64,000 nucleotides of DNA. Source: Vicugna vicugna. Taxonomy: Eukaryota. The notes below the pieces were generated by a model that did no database searches, was not told the DNA's origin, and was given only the letters and a program-made list of their open reading frames with translations. Position 1 is the first letter of the stretch, and each line of letters opens with the position of its first letter. Of this stretch, positions 1 to 11,200 are shown in pieces. The stretch lies in the NCBI GenBank assembly GCA_013265495.1, contig MU058687.1, positions 1 to 64,000 of the forward strand, in the 5' to 3' direction. The position numbers were made by a program, and so were the translations under genes.

Positions 1-620
1 CATTGGGAAGAGAAGGAGACCCCAGGACATCTGGTTTTGAAGGACAGGGGGGAGTGGCTCTGGAAGCCTTAGAGGACTGGGGGAAACGGAGACTCCATTT
101 GCTTGAGAAGCCTACATGGAAACTCACATGCACCGGGTCCAAGGACAGAGGCAGTGATTTCATAGGAACCTGGGCCAGACCTGCCTGCTGGATTTGGATG
201 GTCTCCTGGGGATGTGGGGGATGGCTGCTGCTCACTCAGGGGACATAAAAGCTGGTGGCAGACATTCTGGGAGTGTTAATCTACATAAGCTTTCCTGGAG
301 GCTGACGTCTTGAATGGATCATTAGCATCAAGACCTAGCCCCACCCAACAGCCTGTAGGGAAGCCTCAGGCCAAACAACATACAGGGTGGGAACATCGGC
401 AGACTCCCTGAGCCACAAAGGCCTCTAGACACAGCCCTACCCACCAGAGGTCCAGGACCAAGCTTTACCCAGCAGTGAGTAGGCACCAGCTCCTCCTGCC
501 AGGAAACCTGCATAAGCCTCTAGTCCAGCCTCATCCACCAGGGGCAGATACTAGAAATAAGAAAACAATGATCTCAAAGCCTGTAGAAGGAATCCACAAA
601 CACATAGAAAGATAGACAAT

Positions 621-1504
621 ATGAGGCGGCAAAGGAGTATCTCCCAGGCCAAGCCACAAAATCCCAGAAGAAGAAATAAGTGATGAGGAGATAGGTAATT
701 TATCTGAGAAAGAGTTTAAAGTAATGATGGCCAAGATGTCAGAGAACTCAAGAGGAGTATAGATGCACAGAGTGAAGTTTCTAGCAAAGAGTTGGAACAT
801 ATAAAGAATACCCAAACAGAGTTGAAGAATAAAATCACTGAAATAAACAATACACTAGAAGGAACCCAGAATAGACTAAATGGGGCAGAAGGATGGATTA
901 ATGAGCTAGAAGACAGATTAGTGGAAATCAGTACTTCAGAACAGAGAAAAGAAAAAAGAATAAAAAGGAATGAGGATAGTTTAAGAGAACTCTGGGGCAA
1001 CATGAAGAGCTCTAATATTCGCATTATAGTGGTCCCAGAAAGAGAAGAGAGAGAGAAAGGACCTGAGAAAATTTGGGGAGAGATAATAACCGAAAATCCC
1101 CCAACTTGGGAAAGGAAACAGTCACCCAGGTCCTGGAAGCACAGAGTACCGCACAGGATCAACCCAAAGGGGAACATACCAAGGCACATAGCTATCAAAT
1201 TGACAACAATTAAGGATAAGGAGAAAATATTAAAATTAGCAAGAGAAAAGCAACCAATAACAAACAAGGGAACTCCCATAAGGTTATCAGCTGATTTTTC
1301 AGCAGAAACTCTACACGGCAGAACGGAGTGGCATGATATATTTAAAGTGATGCAAGGGGGAAACTTACAACCAAGAATACTCTATCCATCAAGGCTCTCA
1401 TTCAGACTTGATGGAGAAATCAAAAGCTTCACAGATAAACAAAAGCTAAAAGATTTCAGCACCACCAAACCAGCTTTACAACAAATGTAAAGGACCTTCT
1501 CTAA
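621..1504 (+). pseudogene. L1 ORF1p remnant (copy A)
   Basis: ATG at 621 (MRRQRS...) with frameshifts in the N-terminal part. ORF 792-1490 carries L1 ORF1 motifs (IRIIVVPE, PRHIAIK, AREK, PIRLSADFS, QPRILYP). Confidence 0.92.
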
Positions 1505-1895
1505 TCATCAAACCATAAGAAAAGAGAACAAAAAGAAGAGAGAGAAAAAAAAGAGAAACCTACAAAAGATTGCTTTGGCTATTTGGGGTCTTTTGTGGTT
1601 CCTTATAAATTTCGGAATTGTTTGTTCTAATTCTGTGAGGAATGTTGCAAGTATTTAATGGGGGTTGCGTTGGATCTGTGGATTGCTTTGGGCAGTGTGG
1701 CCATCTTGATAGTGTTGATTCTTCCAATCCAAGAGCACAAGAAATCTTTCCATTTCTTTGTGTCATTTTGGTTTTCAGAGTATAGGTAACCTCCTTGGTT
1801 AAGTTTATTTCTAGGTATGTTGTTGTTTGTTATGTAATAGAAATGTTTCTGCCAGTTATAAAATTCTGGTTTTTGAAGTGGAAAAAAAATGAATA

Positions 1896-2013
1896 AGAAT
1901 GTGACAATGAATATATGTATGTTCATGTATAACTGAAAAATTGTGCTCTACACTGGAAATTGACACAACATTGTAAACTGACTATAACTGAGTAAAAAAC
2001 ATGTAAAAAAAAA
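1896..2013 (+). mobile_element. Short 5'-truncated L1 3' tail nested in copy A
   Basis: Same tail sequence as 34320-34431. Flanked by near-direct repeats aaaaaaaatgaat / aaaaaaaagtgaat. Absent from copy B. Confidence 0.85.
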
Positions 2014-2081
2014 GTGAATGAAGGGCCACAAATGGCAAAATACCCTTCTTTTTTATGAGTGAGTTGCACTCCATTACAAAT

Positions 2082-2120
2082 ACACACACACACACACACA
2101 CACACAACACACACACATAT
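2082..2120. repeat. (CA)n microsatellite
   Basis: Direct reading of the tract. Confidence 0.95.
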
Positions 2121-2372
2121 ATGCTGTATCTCCATTACTTACTCAACTATTGATGTGCACTTAGGATGCTTCCATATCTTGGCAATTATAAATAATGTTG
2201 CTGTTAATAGCAGGGTGTATGTATCTTTCTGAGTTAATTCTTAATTTGTGGTTGGCTTTATTCCTTTGACAACTATGTAAGTTTAAAAAACTAAAGCTCT
2301 AAACGTTCTTAGAAACAATGAACAGCACATATATGTAAATTTAAAAATGTATGTGCAGTAAAATAAAAAAAA

Positions 2373-2913
2373 GATCTATCAAGCCATGAAAGACATAGAT
2401 GAAACTTAAAAGACATATTACTAAATGAAAGAAGTCAGTCAGAAAAGGCTACAAACTGTATGATTCCAACCAAATGACACTCTGGAAAAGGCACAGCTAC
2501 AGAAACAATAAAAAGATCGTGGTTTCCAGGGGCTTGGGGTTAGGGAGAGAGGGAGAAATGAATAGATGGAGCACAAGGGATTTTTAGGGCAATGAAATTA
2601 TTCTGTATGATACTATAGTGGTGGTTACATGTCATTATGCATTTGTCAAAACCCACAGAATGTACAACATTAAGAGTAAACCCTAATGTAAACTATGGGC
2701 TTTTGGCTGATAATAATGTGCCCATGTTGGTTCATCAATTGTACCAAATATGCCACACTGATGAGGGATGTTGAGGGTAGGGAAGTATATATGCATGGGT
2801 GGGGAGGGCTATGTGGAAACTCTGTTATTTTCTGCTCAATTCTGTTGTGAACCTGAAACTGCTCTAAAAGAATAGTCTAGTAAATGACAAAATAAAAATA
2901 AAAATAAATAAAA
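2373..2913 (+). mobile_element. Old L1 (L1MC-like) 3'UTR fragment
   Basis: ctatcaagccatgaaagac...gaaaaggctac...atgtcattatgcatttgtcaaaaccca motifs and an A-rich end. Homologous to 63570-64000. Confidence 0.8.
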
Positions 2914-4799
2914 TTTTCATTTATCAACATAAAAAGAAAAAGATCAAACTACATGACTCCAGAGCCCTCTTTTTCATTTTTCTTTAATAACTTTTTTTAA
3001 AAAAGAAAGATTCCTCCAGAACTAGAACATTTGCTCATAATGATTCTTTAAAAAAAAAAAAAAAAAAAACCTAAACAAAGAGTCCTTTAATATGTGTGCT
3101 AAGCAAAAATATACGATATAGTCCCTGCTCTCAAAGGTCCCATGCACCAATGTGGTAGTGTAATATTAACAAGTCACACCTTAATTTTACTTTTTAAAAT
3201 TTAATTGTTTCAACGTTAGGCTTATCTGTAATTTCTTTCTTATTTACTTTACATTTTATATTTATATTACTTTTTCATTTATTTTATATTTCAATTACAT
3301 TTCCAGGCTATCTTGAGTTTTCAGAATATATATAGAATAGGCTTATATAGTCCTAAAGAAAAAGTAAGTTAAAAACTAGAAGCCATTAGAAACTTATTTT
3401 GTATGGATATCTACTTTCAGATAATTACATTTTTTAAAACCCACAGACTAAGAACAGCTAAATTTCACTTCCAATAGATGCTCTAACAAAACAATCACAT
3501 GTAATTTGCAAAATATATTTTTAGCCTACAGTGTGTTTCACTTCATTTCTTCCTTAGTCTGATTCTAGAACAGACTATAATGCTTTTGATGTTTTACTTT
3601 CAGTTTTAACAGTTGTGTTAAAAGAGAACTAAATACCAAAATAATGGTAAGTGTCCTAAATGCTTTTCAAAAATGCCAGAAATCTCACTGAGTATGTTAC
3701 TAGTGAAAACACATGATATGTATTTGATCATAATGAACCAATATAATTAAAGGAACATTTAGATTTTGTCCATGATTACTTTTCACATCTTTCTGCCTCC
3801 ACAACAGCACAATAACTAAATCTCCTTACTAGACTGTAACCATTTTCAAGGAAATCAATATTCCAATGACACTAAGCAGCCATAATAAATTATGAGTATT
3901 AATAGTAATTCCCCAATATCTTCAGAGTGGAACAAACTAGGTACCATATTAAAGAGGAAATATGAGTATATATTACTTCTAGCAGTGTACCAGAAAGGAA
4001 AAAAAATCTAAATTTCTAAAAACACAACTAGAAACACCAGCATTGTAAATTCCCAGAATTGAATAAAAAGACTGCTGGTTCAAAGATTTGGCCCTTCAAA
4101 TTTTTTCCCTATGGATAAATGTTCATTACCCACTGGACATTTTATACCACCTCCAAGATTAAGAGTCTTCTGCTAATTCTATGAAGTTAAATGAATTCCC
4201 AGGTTGTTTATGCTCCAAGTAGCTGTCACTAGAAGAACAAGATCAGGGAAGGACAACTTAACATTTAAGCTTTATTCCAGCCTGTAAAACAAAGAAATCT
4301 GACATACTCTCCTCACGGAATATGCCTATGGGAAAAACATTACACTATTTAAAAAACCAGTACTTATTTTTACATTTTTTTCACTAGACTCACCACGCCA
4401 GTTAGAATAAGTATAAAGCCCAATTACAAACTAAGTCCTCCTAGTCATTGCTTAACTCTTTCAAATTTTGTTTAGCTGACTAGATATTTACTTTTATCAT
4501 ACCTGAAGATCCTCATCTCTTTTATCTCCTAGTGTCTTCTCAAAGGTTTTAGACCCTACCCACCATCCAATCTCAATTCTGGATGCCATCCAAAAAATAG
4601 GTGTTGACTACCTTCTTAATATACCCTCTTCATAGATGAATATTAACAGCTCTTAAAATTTCACTTCACCAAGACCAAGTTCCGAGTTGATGTGCTGCTC
4701 AGAACTCCATGTCCGTGCTGCATGGCACCAAACCACTCCTCTCAAAATGGCAGCAGGTTATTCTTCTTTTCTCTTAACTATGTATTAACATATTATGTA

Positions 4800-4962
4800 T
4801 TCTACTCAACGTGTGGTTCAGAGATTGGAAGCAGAGGCATCACCCATAAGTTTGTTAGAAATGCACCATCTCAAGCCCCACCTTGACCTACTGACTCAGA
4901 ATCTGCAATTTAACAAGATCCTCAGGTGATTCATACACATAGAAAAATCTGAGAAGCACTGT
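4800..4962. mobile_element. MER5A-like hAT DNA transposon remnant
   Basis: ttgttagaaatgca...cccacct..acctactgactcagaatctgc...aacaagatcctcaggtgattc...tgagaagcactg. Confidence 0.75.
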
Positions 4963-6163
4963 CCTTTTTCACTCATTGAGGGTCCCTTTTTTCTGCTTTA
5001 CAGTTCTTAATTTCCTATCTGGTATATAAAAGATCAAATCCTCTTTCTTTTGAGCATACTGAGACCCACCAAAATGAAGTCAGAAATCTTTAAATAAAAC
5101 TACACAGTTTCTTCATAACCTTCTTTTCTTAAAAGGTTGTGAACTCCATGAAGCCAGGATCTTCATTATATCCTCAAAACAAAGACAGTGCCAGGCAAAT
5201 ATTTGTAGAGGGAGTAAAACAGATACCAAATAATCCCTCAAGTCCTACAAGTCTTAAATCTTTAGCTCTTCTGTTTGCTATGTAGGTAAAATTCTATCTA
5301 AAGCAAGGGAAGCTAAAATATAAGACCATCTAAAGTTACAAAATGAAAAATATACCACTTTAAAGGATTTGATCAAGGTCACACGGTAGATTCATGATTA
5401 AGTTCATAAGGCTCAACAACATTTTAACAAAATCATTATATCATTTTAATATTATCTTATTATTATATTCTAGGTCAAATAACTGTATTTCCTCTACATA
5501 TACTTCCTCCACCATCATCCAGGAAGCTAGCAAACTCAACTGTCCAAGAAGAGTTGCACACTCAGAGTTTAAGGAAGGCTAAAATGTACACACTGCTGGG
5601 AAGAATCTGTACATAAAAATTAAAGATTACATGGTATGATTAATTTCTTTAAAACCAGAAGAAACAAGTGCTTTCAACCCTTATCAAGCTCACACTGAAA
5701 CAGAGAAAAACAAAAGAAAAAAAAAAAAGAATAACGGTATGGAAAAGACAAAAAAAATTAGAGACCAGACATAGCAACAAGACAGAGCAAAGAAGAGAAA
5801 AGAGATTAAGAGTAATCAATTGAAGGTCTCAAAGAATGACATTTACGGACTAGAAAAGGCAAAGCCAGCTATAAAGGCAAAGAGCAGAATATCAACGGAA
5901 GCAGCATCTACTTAAACTCTAACCATGACACACAATGCAACTAATTTTTAGAGTGAGTGAACTATAGAATACCTCATGAGGTCACTGTATCATTTTTCCT
6001 GTCAATTATAACCTACATATCTAAATTAACAAGGAAATAACATTCTGAACTCTAAAGATCAATAAAGAGCAAATTAGGTTCAATAGGTACTTTGTTTTCT
6101 ATGGCAAGTAAGTATTGGTTTGGAAAAGTTTCCATCAATCTTTATGAAGAATTTCATCAAAAA

Positions 6164-6364
6164 TAAACAACAAGGACCTACTGTATAGCACAAGGAACTA
6201 TATTCAATATCTGATAATAATATATAATGGAAAAGAATCTGAAAAAGAATGTGTGTGTGTGTATACACACACACACACACACATATATATAAAACTGAAT
6301 CACTCTGCTATACACCTGAAACTAACACAACATTGTAAAGCAACTATGCTTCAACTAAAAAAAA
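6164..6364 (+). mobile_element. Short L1 3' tail with an internal (GT)/(CA) microsatellite
   Basis: aacaacaaggacctactgtatagcacaaggaactatattcaa...cttcaactaaaa. Degenerate TSD aagaatttcatcaaaa / aagatgtccatcaaaa. Confidence 0.85.
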
Positions 6365-6639
6365 AAGATGTCCATCAAAAAAAGGTTAAAATAAAGTTTT
6401 GATTCCTCACCTGCCTTCTACACCTCATTTTCCCTAACTACTTACAATCTCAGATTTAGTCCAAACAGATGTCATCAGTTCACACAGATTTCTATTTCTA
6501 AAAATATTTTCTAGAAATCTCTCAATTATATGTGTGTGTGTATGTTAAATAATTAAGGTTAAACCAGAAGAAATAAGTGCATTCAGCCTTTATCAAGCTC
6601 ACACTGAAATAGAGAAAAACGAAAGGATAGAGCAAGACC

Positions 6640-8027
6640 ATCACCACAAGGGACAAAAACAGAAATCATAAAAGACTAATTAAACTGACTATAAAAATGT
6701 AAAACATCTACACTGCAAAAGACATTATGAAGAAAAGTTAAGAGACAAACAACAAATTGGTAAAATAGCTACAATATAAAACAAAGATTTAATATCCTTA
6801 GTGTATAAGGAGCCCTCACAAATTAATGAGAAAAAGACAGGAACAGAAATATATGAATACACAGCTGACAAAAGAAGAGATAAAATCATAAGCACAAGAT
6901 AGTCAACTTCATTAGTTGTGACCAAAGAGATGCAAATTACTATCATTTCAGATTGACAAATACTAAAAAGATCAATAATAACCAATATTTTATAAGGATT
7001 GGGGAATCTGGCACTCCTATTTACTATTATTGAGACTGTATTTTAAAATAGTTTGTCAGTATAAAAACTTATAGGAAAATAATCACATTTCAAAATATGC
7101 CTATCCTTCAATCCAATGATCCCACTTCTAAAAAAATTTATCCTAAGTGAATGGACATGTGCAAATATGTATGTACAGAAGAGCCATTACATATGCCTAG
7201 CACATAGCAGGTGTTCAATAAATATTTGGTGAATAAATGAATCATAACATTGTTCATAAGAGCAAAAACTGTTAACAACAGAAATGCCTACAAATAAACC
7301 ATGACATATCCATCACTAAAACCCTATATAGCCACTAAAAGTGATACTGCAGACCTATAATTATTGATTAAAAATACATCTAAAATAAATTACAGATGTA
7401 AAAATAACCCAGTAAAATGTACATCCATTCCTAAGAAAAACTAAACATAGAACTACCATATGATCTAGTAATTCCATCACTGGGTATATGCCCAAAAAGA
7501 ATTGAAAGCAGGGCTCAAACAGATATTTGTACACCAATGTTCATAGTAGAATTAGTCACAACAGTCAAAAGATGGAAGTAATCCACATGTCTGGTGACAA
7601 ATTAACAAAATATACATACAATGGAATATTATTCCAAATATACATATACTGGAATGCTGTTCAATCTTAAAAAGCAATGTTCTGACACATGCTACAACAT
7701 GGATGAATCTTGAAGAAATCATACTAAGTAAATAAAGCCAGACACAAAAGGACAAATATTGCATAATCCCATGTAAATGAGATATTCAGAGTAGTCAAAT
7801 TCACAGAAACAGAAAGTAGAATGGAGGTTGCCATGGGCTGAGGGAAGAGGAGAATGGGGAACTGTTTACTGGGTACAGAGTTTCAGTTTGGAAAGATTAA
7901 GTTCTGAAGATGGATGGTGGTGATGGTTGCACAACAAAGTGAACATACTGAATGCCACTGAACTGTACACTTAAAAATGGTTAAAACACTAAATTTTATG
8001 TTAATCTATTCTGCTACAAAAAAAATA
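6640..8027 (+). mobile_element. Old L1 ORF2-end/3'UTR fragments (L1ME-like, then L1MB-like from about 7430)
   Basis: Degenerate ORF2 C-terminal motifs; atagaactaccatatgatc, acaacatggatgaatcttga, gggtacagagtttcagtttgg. Confidence 0.75.
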
Positions 8028-8205
8028 GTGCAAACCATAAAACAACTTCTAGACTGGAATGACTACTGTGTTTATTATTTTTGAGTCCTATGTTCATAAA
8101 AAATAAGATTTAAAAATATATTAAAAACAGTACATTGGTTATTTCTGTTCCTAGTATTACTATTCAGGACCACCTACACGAGTCATCAAGAATAATACCA
8201 AGTAG

Positions 8206-11200
8206 GGAGGAGGAGTTCAAGATGGCAGAATAGAAGGATGTGAAGCTCATCTCCTCCCACAAATAAATCAAAAATATATCTACACATGGGAACCTCAGAG
8301 GCTAGGAGGAGAATGCAACAGTCAGTTAGCGGCAGGCAAAACACAGAGACCAATACAGGGAGTCCGTGCCACCTCGCTGCACTCCCCAGCCCAAGATGTG
8401 CATCTACTGGTGTGTGTGGGAGCTGTGTGCTGAAACTCAGGCTTCAGAGGACAGACCTGGGGAGAGGACTGGGGTTGGCTGTGGGGAGACAGCCTGAAGG
8501 GGCTGGAGCATGGTAAAGGTCACAACTGGGAGTATGTGCAATGGAGACTGGGTCCACCATAAAAAGATCCACTGTTAACACATGCAAAGTGGGGAGGGGG
8601 GACCTCACCACAACAGCTTCTTCCTTCCACGCCAGTGGGCGTGGCTTCACTACAGAAGCACTACTGTTAACATGCATGCACAAAGGTAGGAGCAGGAATC
8701 CGCCACAGCAACCTCCCTCTCCACATGCTCACAACTGAGGAGCCTCTACAAGCTCTGGGAGCACACAAGCAGGCTGCCCCAAAGAGGAGGCCAGACTGCA
8801 AGCTGAGCCCATTCCCAGGGGCCGTGAGATTTCAGAAATGGGGCTGAAATCTGAGCTGTGTCCCAGGTACCGTTAGCGGATTTACGTTCTTGGAAGCTTA
8901 GCGCATGCGGGACATCCAAGCAGATTATTGGTGCGCAGCTGGGCCAGGTCCAGCATTAGCAGCTGCAGGCTTTGCGGGTATGAGTGGTGGTGGGGCTGGG
9001 GTCTGGACTGACTCCGTAGCTCCCACAGCAGGTCCAGGTGCATGGTTACATGTGACTACATTGAGTCCTGGTGCCTGACTTCAGCAGATCTACCCTCGTG
9101 TCTTTGTGAGAACAGTGCATCAGGGACACCTAGACAGATTGCCTGCATTCCCATGGCTGAGGAGGAGCCAAGGACAGCACCAACAACAGTGTACTTTGTG
9201 AGCCCACGCAATGGATGACAGGTGATACCACAGAGTGCACTTTCCAGGGGACAATTCCTGCAGAATACTCAGTGGCTCCTCACCCAGCAGAAGTGCTCCA
9301 GTTCTGCCTACCTCACACAACTCAGAAACAGATCTGGGGACTTCTACTCCAACATTAGGGAGTAGACCTAGCCGCCAACACAGCTATGACAACCACAGAG
9401 CAAAGAGTAGGCCCCACTCAACATCCAGTGCAGGATCTGGTCACCACAACACCAAATCACACCCTCTATCGAAGGGATAACAACAAGCACACATTGAGGA
9501 AAGATGTGGCAGGTATCCACACTAAAAACAGCCCTTGCAATAAAAATATGTAGCTCTCACACAGGCTACACAGGGATATTCCCACGTAAAAACAGCCCTT
9601 CAAGACCACAGTAGGTAACTGTTACTCCTAAATTCATAGAGTCAGAGAAATATAAGTAAAATGAAAAAGCAGAGGAACTACTCTCAATTAAAAGAACAAG
9701 AGAAATCCCCTGAAAGAACAATGAAACAGACTTCTCCAATCTATCAGATTCCAAATTCAAAAAGGAGATAACAAAAATACTGAAGGAATTAAGGAAGACT
9801 ATTGATAGAAATGCAGATCACTGTAACAAGGAATAGAAACTATACAGAGGAGCCAATTAAAATTAGAAAACCCATTTGCCAAGATGAAAACTAAGCTGAA
9901 GGCAATAAATAGCAAACTAAATAAAGCAGAAGAGTAAGTAAGCGATCTGGAAGACAGAATAATGGAAATCCCCAATCAGAACAGCAGACAGAAAGACAAA
10001 TGAAAAAAAATGAAAGCAATATTAGAGACCTATGGGATAATATAAAGCATGCCAATCTATGCATAATAGGGATCTCAGAAGGAGAAGAAAGAGAAAAGTG
10101 GATGGAAAATGTATAAGAAATTATCGCTGAAGTCTTCCTAAACTTAAAAAAGGAAACAGATATCCAGGTACAGGATGCACAGAGGGTCCCAAACAAGATA
10201 AACCCAAGTAAGAGAAAAACAAAGAGTTAGTTACAAGGGAACCCCCATAAGGCTATCACCTGATTTCTCTACAGAAATGTTGCAGGCCAAAAGGGAATGC
10301 CAAGATATATTAAAAGTTCTGAAAGAGGAAAAACCTGCAACCTATGATACTGCACCCAGCAAGATTCTCATTTAAACTGCAAGCAGAGAGAAAGAATTTC
10401 CCAATCAAAACCTAAAAGAATACAGCAATAATAAACCGATCCTAAAAAAAAATATTGAAAGATCTTTCCTAAACAGAAGAGCAAGAATCTATAGAGAAGA
10501 GAAAGTCATAATGGAAAAATGGTAACTACAATGAACAGCCAAAGAATAAACAAGATGTAAAAGAGGACATCAAAATCATAAAATAATGGGAAAGGGGAGC
10601 AAGAAAATGTAGTTCTCTCTCTCTCTTTTTTTTTTTTTTTTTTTTTTGAATGTGTTTGAGTCTTTAGACTACCAGTCCAAAGCAAGTAGATACAGTAATG
10701 GGTTAACATACTTGAAAAACAGGGTAACAACGAATCAAAAACATACAATAGATTCACAAAAACCAAAAAGAAGAGAACTCAAGCATAATACAAAAGAAAA
10801 TCATCAAACCCCAAAAAGAAAAAGAATAAAGAAAAATACAAAATCAACTGGAAAATAAGGTTTAAAATGGCAATAAACACATATGTATCGATAATTACCT
10901 TACATGTCAATGGACTAAATTCCCCAATCATATGACAAAGAGTGACAGACTGGATAATAAAACAAGAGTCTACAATAAATATGCTGCCTACAAGACACCC
11001 ACTTTAGGGTGAAGAACACACATAGACTGAAAGTGAGAGGACAAAATAAGGTATTTCATACAAATGGAAGTGGTAAGAAAGCAGCAGTAGCAACATTCAT
11101 ATCAGATAAAATACACTTTAAAACAAAGACCATAAAGAAAGATAAAGAAGGGCACTATATAATGATAAAAGGATCAAGAAGAGGATATTACACTCATTAA

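Larger units (their letters stand above)
1..2372 (+). mobile_element. ORF1-only (HAL1-like) L1 derivative, copy A; 5' end lies outside the window
   Basis: L1 5'UTR (1-620), disrupted ORF1 (621-1504), A-rich inter-ORF spacer, then antisense ORF2 pieces (about 1566-1850 and 2025-2240). Probable end at AATAAA (2362-2367) plus an A-run to 2372. Colinear with 55616-57540. Confidence 0.75.

Noticed and set aside
792..1490. 232-aa ORF (and its twin 56407-57120) as a host protein-coding gene or domesticated ORF1
   Set aside because: It begins at TTG within a frameshifted L1 ORF1 inside a TSD-bounded element. There is no splice structure or evidence of selection.
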